Shown: positions 39,301 to 46,623 of the stretch, in pieces
Layout: every line of letters begins with the position of its first letter
Position numbering within the stretch: the first letter of the stretch is position 1
NCBI GenBank assembly: GCA_022563395.1
Contig: JADFNM010000001.1
Span: forward strand, 462,342-526,341
DNA: 64,000 nucleotides
Direction of reading: 5' to 3'
From: Patescibacteria group bacterium
GTDB lineage: Bacteria > Patescibacteriota > Minisyncoccia > Minisyncoccales > UBA10102
Translations under genes and position numbers: made by a program
The notes under the pieces: generated by a model
The model's database searches: none
What the model was told of the DNA's origin: nothing
Seen by the model: the letters and a program-made list of their open reading frames with translations, nothing else

Positions 39301-39589
39301 ACCTCCTCCGTCTCCTCCGCCCCCAGGGGGGAGTCCTGCTGTGCCTCGTCCCCCACAACCACCAACAAGAGGAGGTGGGGAAGCTAAAATTACCGTAGAA
39401 CGAAAACAGGGGACGCCAGCATGGCTGAGAAAAGGTCTTGCGGACTTGGAGGATGGACAGGCAGTACCAACGATGATATCAAAGCCTCTTCAAAAATACC
39501 TGCACAGCAGAGGAATCACCAAGGAAGAAATGGGTCGCATGAACCCACAACAAGCTTGGGAAAGGGTTGATGAATTATCAAAGGAATGA
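36323..39589 (+). CDS. VirB6/TrbL-like polytopic membrane protein with long charged and Pro-rich C-terminus
   Basis: GW..SRDLVN, LLVNFS, R...LW.L.ILAPLAF...ILP.T..LW..W. Confidence 0.8.
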   Translation: MYKRVVDFMRALPPHKGMLFGITFFIVLFSIVPLRFAEANIFSDIFGLISNLWIGWAFGIPLAIITALLVIGALLAVWLSAVLVTIIKFFIISSLSVPILPGSGIEVVTVGWEFSRDLVNLVFILILVFIGLATILRIQNYQAQRALPLLIVVALLVNFSGVFVAFIVDIANLVTNAFVAKLGGFHMAVAGSKAILESLATGLVGIVTNLTDFGAILVPPITAAIYLIFYLVFAIIMFLVALLIIVRVGILWALTILAPLAFASYILPATRGLWNQWLKQLIQWSIIGIPIAFFLWLAQTAAAGATNIKNAFMLGIRPECYNPASEEFLNGAGCLNGADPGLMNVIANLMGPMVALLLVVMGIIVAMQFAPAGANQVINLGKKWGPKGGAALGTFAWRRMGAGIEKFGGNIRKRAQGTWDVEKDTLTRGEKVLGAIGRTTRLEKINLGRFGKRGAEIFGTVIETGSRKTTAQMHKRDDAEIAKALKAGTNQDFNDNFGDMTIAAKRKDWNTYLGKLVATIDKNGDTDEVRKAANSGKLSWKDIDAALQHAEHHGNPDYFRPIIKGLRGKMQDGTKTEDGTLLHPQESNLATIDEKTKVRDITEKVVDLESIMGTPEGEEVLNGYFLNADSNITTAVMRHPNRAVREWAVQHAESLGADWFLENNRRDTLETIVSSGGRSMGVPVFGGLARDGIRRMAVERTGRMSDEELEQKIERTNDQIGGLRVREEEERAAGRKPGTIKNQRGQLEKERTEAQEALRLRRLSPEDLQQERVDRQSEIGNIDQQFAAKTIDGDEYYRQKAQPQRNLERTEQELERRGVATPEKEPVSGERAKLQESTGPIGKTYQQWTKQIQRARELGASLPELHARVMGLRDEKERDRASNMLIELGTKAEAEQEVAQEFIASILTVSKESEGLSVKEQREAINPLKLDAERSSAMNEVKNTLKKLRANLEKAESKQRDEEPPAPPGETPGGPIPPPSPPPPPPNTGRAPVPPPSPPPPGGSPAVPRPPQPPTRGGGEAKITVERKQGTPAWLRKGLADLEDGQAVPTMISKPLQKYLHSRGITKEEMGRMNPQQAWERVDELSKE

Positions 39590-39703
39590 AGAAAAGAATG
39601 GAAAGTACCTTAAAATAAGAAAAAGGAGAGAAGGTACTCATGACATTGTGGTGTCATTTTCCCCTCTCTCCTTGCTTGAGCGAGGTGCCCCTAGCTTTGT
39701 TTG

Positions 39704-40012
39704 CTAGGGGAGCTGCAGACCCGGAGGCGGGTCGCCAGACGCATCCTCCTCAAAGATCTCCAGGAGGCGCTTGGCAAGCTCTTTCGCCTGCCTCGCTTCC
39801 TCAGCCTGTGCCTCGGCCTGCATGATCTTGACCCGGGCCTCCACCACCACCCCCGCCTTGTTATAGGCGGCGGCGACCAGTGCCCTGTTGGCGCCTTCAA
39901 GACGCCTCTTCCCTTTGCCGTGCCACCATCCGACGACGATCTTGACCAGCAAGATGACCGCCAGTACGATGGCGAACGCCACTGCCAGCCAGAATGCCCA
40001 CGCTTCAATCAT
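39704..40012 (-). CDS. GC-rich small membrane protein
   Basis: GGAGG ribosome-binding site, N-terminal TM. Confidence 0.6.
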   Translation of the reverse strand: MIEAWAFWLAVAFAIVLAVILLVKIVVGWWHGKGKRRLEGANRALVAAAYNKAGVVVEARVKIMQAEAQAEEARQAKELAKRLLEIFEEDASGDPPPGLQLP

Positions 40013-40236
40013 GACGTCTTTCCTCCCCGAAGATGTGTGATCGGACTAGGAATCTTCCGCCCTCATCGCCTTGCTCAGTGGCTGAAGCGGCCTGTGGGCG
40101 CTCCAGAGAGCCTGCGGCGTAGAGTCTGCTGCCGCGCGTTCCTCCTTCTTCTATTCTCTCCTTTCTGGTCACTTTGGAATTTTAACTAGGAGGGCTGGTG
40201 CCATCTCCTATCCATCTCCTCATGAACTTCGCCCAT

Positions 40237-40265
40237 AGTATACACTAAAACGTTAAAAATGTCAA
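40237..40265 (-). promoter_or_regulatory. Sigma70 promoter antisense to the T4SS-like locus
   Basis: TTGACA-N17-TATACT. Confidence 0.75.
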
Positions 40266-40274
40266 GCGCCTATC

Positions 40275-40706
40275 ATGCCCCCCAAATACACCCAAGAACA
40301 ACTAGATAAAATCTATGAAAAGCTCCCAGAAGAGCTTAAGGAAGCCATCTTCTCCGTGGAGACAGCACAAGATATTGGAGAGGTCGGCGACAGCTATGGG
40401 GTGACCGACGAGCGTCTCAACAAAATCTCTGAATATGTCGGACATGTCTTGATGGGGCTCTTGCTTCCTCAAGAGTTTGCCGGAGTGCTGGAAAAAGACG
40501 TAAAACTTCCTAAGGTATTGGCCAAGGCCATTGCTCGAGATTTGAACAGGCTGGTATTCTATCCGGTAAAACCAGCTTTAGAAGAGCTCCACCAAATGGA
40601 AATTAAGGTTACAGCCAAGGTTGTTACTCCAAAACCAGAGGAAGAAGAAAAACCACCAGAAGAACCAGGAAGAGAAGATAAGTATAGAGAATCGTTGGAA
40701 CAATAA
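40275..40706 (+). CDS. Hypothetical protein adjacent to prgI
   Basis: LPEELKEAI...GHVLMGLL; C-terminal DKYRE; abuts prgI. Confidence 0.8.
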   Translation: MPPKYTQEQLDKIYEKLPEELKEAIFSVETAQDIGEVGDSYGVTDERLNKISEYVGHVLMGLLLPQEFAGVLEKDVKLPKVLAKAIARDLNRLVFYPVKPALEELHQMEIKVTAKVVTPKPEEEEKPPEEPGREDKYRESLEQ

Positions 40707-41141
40707 ATGAGATTTCAGGTACCACAATTCATAGAGCATGAGGCCAAGGTAATAGGGCCTCTCACCTTCCGTCAGTTTATTTACATAGGCATTCCAGCTG
40801 CCGTTGCATTCTTTTTATATTTTTTAGTCACCTTTTTTGTATTTATTGTAGCCGCTGTTTTTCTGGGAGCTCTTGGCTTCATGTTCGCCTTTATAAAAAT
40901 AGGGGGAAGAAGCTTACCCAGCATCTTGCTAAACTTCTTTAACTTTACCATTGCCCCAAAAAGATACATCTGGCGCAAAGGTCAAGCCCCACTACCAACA
41001 TCCGTTGGCATGGGGATAGCCTCACACCTTGGCAAGGTGGCGGGGGAACAATCCTCTCAAGAAACCCCCAAGCGAGAAATTAAGCTTGTCCAAAAGAGTA
41101 AGATAAAAGACCTCGCAACAAGAGTAGAAACCAACCGTTAA
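40707..41141 (+). CDS. prgI: PrgI family protein (VirB3-like)
   Basis: FQVPQFIE.E.K.IGPLT.RQF, 2 TM. Confidence 0.9.
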   Translation: MRFQVPQFIEHEAKVIGPLTFRQFIYIGIPAAVAFFLYFLVTFFVFIVAAVFLGALGFMFAFIKIGGRSLPSILLNFFNFTIAPKRYIWRKGQAPLPTSVGMGIASHLGKVAGEQSSQETPKREIKLVQKSKIKDLATRVETNR

Positions 41142-41199
41142 ATATGAACCACTCGCTTTGCTCAGAACCATATATTTCTCACTAACGTTCAAAATATGG
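41142..41199 (+). repeat. 58-bp intergenic spacer element, copy 1 (copy 2 at 62622)
   Basis: Direct alignment with copy 2. Confidence 0.85.
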
Positions 41200-41834
41200 T
41201 GAACGCATCTACGCAAAACTTTTTGGAGATTGATGAGATTAAAGAGGGAATGTTGGTATTAAAAACCCGCCAGCTCCGGGGCGTATTAATGGTGTCTTCT
41301 GCAAACTTTGCGTTAAAGTCAGCAGAAGAACAGCAGGCCATTATCTTTCAGTTTCAGAACTTTTTAAACTCCTTGGACTTTTCTTTGCAGATTGTGGTGC
41401 AGTCCAGAAGGTTGAACATTACAGGATACCTGGACGCCTTAAAAAATCTTGAGCAAAACCAGCAAAACGAGCTGCTCCGCGCACAGACCGCAGACTACCG
41501 GGCATTTGTAGAACAGCTTATTAAGGGGAGTTCTATCATGGCAAAGAACTTCTTTGTGGTAGTCCCCTTTTCTTTAGGTGAGGTAATTGGAGGAGTACAG
41601 AAGGAAAAACAGCAAGAGAAAAAAACCGGAAAGCTTTCTGAAAGCCAATTCCAAAGAATGAAGAACCAGTTGTGGCAAAGAATGGAGTTTGCTGCCCTGG
41701 GCTTGCGCAGAACAGGACTTCAGGTAGTTCCCTTAAACACAGAAGAGTTAATTGAGCTTTTCTGGAGTTGGCACCACCCACAGGAAGCAGAGGTTGGATA
41801 TTACCCAGAAATACCCCCCGAAGTACTGAAATGA
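41196..41834 (+). CDS. Conjugation-related protein (VirB4/TrsE N-terminal-like)
   Basis: NF.LKS.EEQ, FLNSLDF..QI. Confidence 0.8.
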   Translation: MVNASTQNFLEIDEIKEGMLVLKTRQLRGVLMVSSANFALKSAEEQQAIIFQFQNFLNSLDFSLQIVVQSRRLNITGYLDALKNLEQNQQNELLRAQTADYRAFVEQLIKGSSIMAKNFFVVVPFSLGEVIGGVQKEKQQEKKTGKLSESQFQRMKNQLWQRMEFAALGLRRTGLQVVPLNTEELIELFWSWHHPQEAEVGYYPEIPPEVLK

Positions 41835-43615
41835 TAAACATTCCTTTTTTCAAAAAGAAACAGCAGGTTCCAGAAAGAATTTTTGAAACCGCAGTCACCA
41901 CCGCAATAGACATCATTGCGCCGGCTTCGGTCCAGATAAACCCTGGGTATTTAGACATGTCGGGGAGAATGGCAAAGTCCTTCTTTGTGTTTTCTTACCC
42001 CCGCTACCTTTCTGCCGCCTGGCTCTCTTCTGTTATTAACCTGGATGTACCAATGGAAATCTCCATGTTTATACATCCTATAGACACTGGCTACATCTTA
42101 AAACGACTAAGGCGCAGTGTGACCGAGGTGCAGTCAGAATTAATGGAGAAACAAGAAAAGGGGCTGGTGCGTGATCCAGAGCTTGAAACCGCATTCCAGG
42201 ACCTGGAAGGATTGAGAGACCGCTTGCAAACAGCTCAGGAGAAAATGTTTCGCTTTGGCTTGTATCTCACCATTTACGGAGAAACGCAAGAGGAACTGAG
42301 ATCGATTGAGACAACACTGCGTTCTATTTTTGAGTCCCGCTTAATTTACATTAAACCTGCCTTGTACCAGCAAAAAGAGGGATTTAACTCCTGCCTGCCC
42401 TACGGAAGAGACCTTTTGCAGGTGCACACTCCCCTAAACACAGAGCCCTTATCTTCTACTTTTCCCTTTGTTTCATTTGACTTAAGCTCCAACGAAGGAA
42501 TCTTGTACGGCATTAACCGCCACAACAATTCCTTGATTCTGTTTGACAGGTTTTCTTTGGAAAACGCCAACGAGGTTATCTTTGCAAAGTCTGGCTCTGG
42601 GAAATCATATGCGATAAAGCTAGAAATTCTGCGTTCTTTAATGACCGGCGTAGACGTGGTAGTCTTGGATCCAGAAAATGAGTACAAACCTTTGGCAGAA
42701 GCCGTGGGGGGGAGCTTCTTTGACATCTCTCTTGGTTCCGAAAACCACATTAACCCCTTTGACCTGCCACCCCCAAGGGAAGACGAAAAGCCAGAAGACG
42801 TCCTGCGTTCAAACATCATTAACTTAGTGGGATTAATGCGTTTAATGCTTGGCGGTCTAACCCCAGAAGAAGACGCCATTATGGATCGGGCTTTAACGGA
42901 GACGTATGCTGCAAAAGACATCACCCTTGAATCTGACCCTGCCTTGTGGGAGCAAAACATCCCCTTAATGGAAGACTTGGAGCAGGTATTGGGGGGCATG
43001 GAGGGAACAGAATCCTTGGTGCGAAGAATTAGAAAGTTCACCAAGGGAACCTATGCCAATTTCTTTAACCAGCCCACCAACATCTCTTTGGATAAGTCCC
43101 TTATTTCCTTTGGCATTCGAGACATGGAAGAAGGCCTTCGTCCCATGGCAATGTATATTATCATGCGCTACATCTGGAACATTGTAAAATCTAAATTAAA
43201 GCGCAGATTATTTGTGTTGGATGAAGCCTGGTGGATCATGCAGTCAGAAGACGGGGCCTCTTTCTTGTACGGCATTGCAAAGCGGGCAAGGAAATACTAC
43301 CTGGGGGTTACCACCATTACGCAAGATGTGGGGGATTTCTTGAGATCTAAATACGGAAAGCCAATTATTACCAACTCTTCTATCCAGATTTTAATGAAGC
43401 AGTCTCCTGCTAGCATTGAGGTGGTGCAAAAGGCATTTAATCTTACCAATGAAGAAAAGATGCTGTTGCTGGAAACCGAGGTGGGAGAGGGCATATTCTT
43501 TGCGGGGCAAAAGCATGTTGCCATAAAGGTGGTGGCCTCTCCCAAAGAACACGAGATTATTACCACCTCCCCAGAAGAGTTGCTGCGAAGAAAACAACAA
43601 CAATCAAACGCATAG
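41831..43615 (+). CDS. virB4: VirB4-like ATPase
   Basis: AKSGSGKS Walker A, LDPENEY, INPFD, DEAW, RARKY; ATG at 41831. Confidence 0.92.
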   Translation: MINIPFFKKKQQVPERIFETAVTTAIDIIAPASVQINPGYLDMSGRMAKSFFVFSYPRYLSAAWLSSVINLDVPMEISMFIHPIDTGYILKRLRRSVTEVQSELMEKQEKGLVRDPELETAFQDLEGLRDRLQTAQEKMFRFGLYLTIYGETQEELRSIETTLRSIFESRLIYIKPALYQQKEGFNSCLPYGRDLLQVHTPLNTEPLSSTFPFVSFDLSSNEGILYGINRHNNSLILFDRFSLENANEVIFAKSGSGKSYAIKLEILRSLMTGVDVVVLDPENEYKPLAEAVGGSFFDISLGSENHINPFDLPPPREDEKPEDVLRSNIINLVGLMRLMLGGLTPEEDAIMDRALTETYAAKDITLESDPALWEQNIPLMEDLEQVLGGMEGTESLVRRIRKFTKGTYANFFNQPTNISLDKSLISFGIRDMEEGLRPMAMYIIMRYIWNIVKSKLKRRLFVLDEAWWIMQSEDGASFLYGIAKRARKYYLGVTTITQDVGDFLRSKYGKPIITNSSIQILMKQSPASIEVVQKAFNLTNEEKMLLLETEVGEGIFFAGQKHVAIKVVASPKEHEIITTSPEELLRRKQQQSNA

Positions 43616-43674
43616 TGCCTTAACTAAATTATGGATTCCTTAATCTCGTTAAGGAAACGCCCAAGGTATATACA

Positions 43675-44127
43675 ATGGCAGAAGCTGTAAGCATAACGTC
43701 CCAAGAGCTGGAGCATCCTCAAGGTGAGGATGTAGAGCAGCAGCAAGCTGAATCCCGGGCAAGCTTTCTGGACCCAGATGTGTTGCTGTTTGCCCTCCCC
43801 TTTGCTGTAATCATTGATATCCTCGACGTTGTCTTGGCTATTGGGGTAATTGTAAACCTCTTCATCGGTCTCCCCCTCCTTGCCTGGATGGTATGGAAAA
43901 CAGGACGAATAGAGGCCGGGAAAGAGCAGGTTGAGAGGGTTCGCCAGGGACCTCAGATGAGAGAAAGATTTCGCCAAAGACAACAAGCACGACTTTCTGC
44001 ACGGCGCGCTGCAACTCGCCGTGCCCTGAGACGAGGCCTTCTCTACTTTCTCGCCGGACTAATCCCGATTGTAAGCATCTTTGTTCTTTGGACATGGGCA
44101 GTGATTTCCACCATAAGAGGAAAATGA
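43675..44127 (+). CDS. Membrane protein downstream of virB4
   Basis: Hydrophobic segments, LIPIV motif. Confidence 0.75.
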   Translation: MAEAVSITSQELEHPQGEDVEQQQAESRASFLDPDVLLFALPFAVIIDILDVVLAIGVIVNLFIGLPLLAWMVWKTGRIEAGKEQVERVRQGPQMRERFRQRQQARLSARRAATRRALRRGLLYFLAGLIPIVSIFVLWTWAVISTIRGK

Positions 44128-44151
44128 TACACTAAGCTTAGCTAAGAAACC

Positions 44152-44532
44152 ATGAAGCATACAAAGAAAATTATCCTTGCGATGCTGCTTTTAGCCCTTA
44201 TCGTTCCTGTTGCTGTAGATGCAGTCAGGCTCAACTTAACCTATCCGACTTTCCCCGGGGCTCCTGACATTAACCTAGAAGAGAACCAAAGTCTTTCTAG
44301 CATCGTAGCCTGGCTCTACACCATGATTGTTGGCATTTCTGGGTTAGCTGCCTTTGTCATGATTGTGTGGGGTGGGGTGCAGTGGATGACGTCAGCTGGC
44401 AACCCTACAAAAACCTCTGACGCAAAAGACAGGATACAAAAAGCCCTGCTGGGGCTCTTGCTTATCTTGGCTTCCTTCTTGATTCTACAGGTGATTAACC
44501 CAGAGCTTACGTTACTCCGAGAGCCTGGATGA
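44152..44532 (+). CDS. VirB2/TrbC-like pilin
   Basis: MIVWGG.QWMTSAGNP....AK.RI..AL.GL..INP. Confidence 0.88.
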   Translation: MKHTKKIILAMLLLALIVPVAVDAVRLNLTYPTFPGAPDINLEENQSLSSIVAWLYTMIVGISGLAAFVMIVWGGVQWMTSAGNPTKTSDAKDRIQKALLGLLLILASFLILQVINPELTLLREPG

Positions 44533-44533
44533 T

Positions 44534-44998
44534 CTACAGCTTCTCCTTAATCTTTATCACCACTCTTCTGTCTTCCCCTTCTCCTGCGCTTTCGGTTTCA
44601 ATGTCACTTCTTTCCTGAAGCTCCATATGAACCAGCCTTCTTTCGGCCGGCGACATGGGGGGAAGCTCCTTTGGAGTCTTTAAAAGAGTTACCTCGTCTG
44701 CCGTGGTTCTTGCAAGCTCTCTTACATAGTGCTCTTTGTTCTTTCTATAATCATTAATGTCTAATGCTACGTATACCGGCTCCCCGAACTTCTTTCTCAA
44801 TAGGGACTTTAAGATATACAGAATCTCTGATAAGGTCTGGCCTTTCTCTCCAATATAGAGCTGGGGGTCCTGGCAGGTAACGTCTATTGCAAAACTTCCT
44901 TCTTCTTTTTTAGAAACCCGAATGTCCCCCTCAAGCCCTATTTTGCGCAAGAGCTCTTTTGATGTTTGCTCAATTGTTTCTAATGTTTCGTGTTTCAT
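44534..44998 (-). CDS. jag: Jag/EloR (KhpB) KH-R3H protein
   Basis: IGEKGQTL, ERRLVH, ES.GEG..RRV. Confidence 0.9.
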   Translation of the reverse strand: MKHETLETIEQTSKELLRKIGLEGDIRVSKKEEGSFAIDVTCQDPQLYIGEKGQTLSEILYILKSLLRKKFGEPVYVALDINDYRKNKEHYVRELARTTADEVTLLKTPKELPPMSPAERRLVHMELQERSDIETESAGEGEDRRVVIKIKEKL

Positions 44999-45708
44999 GT
45001 TTCAGGATTCGTGCGTTTAATATACCACTGCTGGCCAATGGAAAACAAAGACGTTGTTATCCAATACAAACCAATGGCAGAGGGCAGTTGAGACACAATA
45101 ACCAGGGTTAAAATGGGAAAGAAATATAGGGCTTGCTTTTGGAAGGTCACAGCAAAGCTCTTTTGGTCTCCTGCTGGGCGCTTTTGTACCATCTGCTTTC
45201 CCTGGACAAACTGGAAGACCGCTGCTACAGCTGCCATGGCAAGAGACTGCTCCCCCAGGTTTATCATGCCAAGAAAGGTTGGGTCAATGAGCCCCGGGTT
45301 TGCAACAAAACTATACAGAAACTGCAGCTGTTCTACCGCAAGCCCTTTCCAGAACACCTGGTATAGGGCAATGAGAAAGGGAATCTGCAAAAGAATGGGC
45401 AGGATGCCAGCAAGGGGATTGACCTTCTCTTTTTTGTAGAGCTCTAAAAGTTCTTTTGCCTGCCTATCCCGGTCCTTTTTAAAACGCTCTTGGATTTCCT
45501 TTGCTTTGGGCTGCAAAGCCGTGAGCTTTCGCTGCGCCACCACTGCTTTAGCTGACATGGGGGCAAAGGCAAAACGCACGAGCAGGGTTACCAAGATAAC
45601 CGCAATCCCAAAGTCCTGGCCCGGAACAAGGTTATACAAAATAACCAGGGTATTAAAAAGGGGTTCAAAAAGAACGGTGTGGTAGATTGAGAAAAGGAAA
45701 TCTATCAT
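44995..45708 (-). CDS. yidC: Membrane insertase YidC
   Basis: LQP...IQ, NPLAG.LP.L.Q.P, LYW. Confidence 0.95.
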   Translation of the reverse strand: MIDFLFSIYHTVLFEPLFNTLVILYNLVPGQDFGIAVILVTLLVRFAFAPMSAKAVVAQRKLTALQPKAKEIQERFKKDRDRQAKELLELYKKEKVNPLAGILPILLQIPFLIALYQVFWKGLAVEQLQFLYSFVANPGLIDPTFLGMINLGEQSLAMAAVAAVFQFVQGKQMVQKRPAGDQKSFAVTFQKQALYFFPILTLVIVSQLPSAIGLYWITTSLFSIGQQWYIKRTNPET

Positions 45709-46055
45709 GAAATACGAGTAAGTTTTGCCTTCAAAAAGAGTTTTTCAATGATGCTTTGGGCCTCGTTGAGATCTTTCAATGAAAATCCTGGGAGCGCAAC
45801 CAGGACAATATCGTATGGGCCTCGCAAAGAATCTTGCTGTGCCCCGAGAGCCTCTGAAAGGAGCCTCCTCATGCGATTTCTGTGCACTGCCTTCTTTGCG
45901 ACGCTTTTTGGCACCACGATTCCAAAACGGGAAGAGTTCTTTTGCGACGCTTTTGCCTTGAGGAGCAGCGCCCCTTCCTTGACGCTGCGCTTACTGCGAG
46001 AAACCGCACGGAAATCTCTTGTAAGCTTGAGGCGTTTTTCTGCGGGGAGGGCCAT
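45705..46055 (-). CDS. rnpA: RNase P protein
   Basis: RFGIVV.K..KKAV.RNR.RR. Confidence 0.95.
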   Translation of the reverse strand: MALPAEKRLKLTRDFRAVSRSKRSVKEGALLLKAKASQKNSSRFGIVVPKSVAKKAVHRNRMRRLLSEALGAQQDSLRGPYDIVLVALPGFSLKDLNEAQSIIEKLFLKAKLTRIS

Positions 46056-46060
46056 TGCGT

Positions 46061-46195
46061 TTACGGCGTCAGGCGCTTTCTGCCTTTCTTTCTTCTGCGG
46101 GACAACACCCTTTTGCCGTTCTTGGTTTTGCTGCGCTTGAGAAACCCGTGGGTTCTAGCCCTCTTTTTCTTTTTTGGCTGATACGTTATGCTCAT
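46061..46195 (-). CDS. rpmH: 50S ribosomal protein L34 (not in the ORF track)
   Basis: Translated by hand: [44 protein letters not shown]. Confidence 0.97.
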   Translation of the reverse strand: MSITYQPKKKKRARTHGFLKRSKTKNGKRVLSRRRKKGRKRLTP

Positions 46196-46235
46196 AAAAG
46201 AAAGTATACTACAAAAGGAGCTCGGTGTCTATTTG

Positions 46236-46371
46236 GGGCTCGACATAAGGTTTTCCGCGACCACCTCGTCCCGCCCCCAGCGAGGCGGGCGGGTTGCCCT
46301 CTCGGTCTGCCACCCTTCGGGACCATGCTGGCAGACCTGCGAGAGCTCGCAAAAACCTTAATGTCTTGCCC
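46236..46371. other. GC-rich multi-stem element between rpmH and dnaA
   Basis: Closing stem GACATAAGGTTTT/AAAACCTTAATGTC with internal hairpins. Confidence 0.6.
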
Positions 46372-46377
46372 ATCTCA

Positions 46378-46408
46378 TTCTTCACATATTTTCCACAGGT
46401 TTTGCACA
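46378..46408. promoter_or_regulatory. DnaA-box cluster upstream of dnaA (oriC part)
   Basis: TTCTTCACA, TTTTCCACA, TTTTGCACA at 11-bp spacing. Confidence 0.7.
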
Positions 46409-46549
46409 CTAGGACACATTTTAACCTTAACTTTACCCCTCCCCTTGTCATTGTGTATAATGATGGCGTACTATACAGAATTACTGGTGCCATCATTTGT
46501 GCCGGCGGGCACATAATGATGACGTATCATGATGTTGCTCCCGTGAATC

Positions 46550-46622
46550 CCGTTAGAAGTCCAGCCCACAAACGTAGAAACCATCCATGAACAACAATGC
46601 TAACAATTTTAACTTCTAACGG
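46550..46622. repeat. CCCGTTAGAAGT MITE-like element, copy 2, ending just before the dnaA ATG
   Basis: TIR plus interior similar to 60791-60868. Confidence 0.85.
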
Positions 46623-46623
46623 C

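Noticed and set aside
40165..40212. Fluoride riboswitch (AGGAGAUGGCAC...CUCCU on the minus strand)
   Set aside because: The 3' UGAUG/pseudoknot segment is missing and the downstream gene is not fluoride-related
46236..46371. RNase P RNA next to rnpA
   Set aside because: No GAGGAAAGUCC or ACAGAA.CCGGC conserved regions, and too short
46055..46590. ORFs of 98-153 aa in the rpmH-dnaA gap
   Set aside because: They cross hairpins, DnaA boxes and rpmH; likely chance ORFs
46587..46619. DGR template repeat (AAC-rich, with a second similar copy)
   Set aside because: Too short, differences across the element are not adenine-specific, both copies are intergenic, and no reverse transcriptase is present
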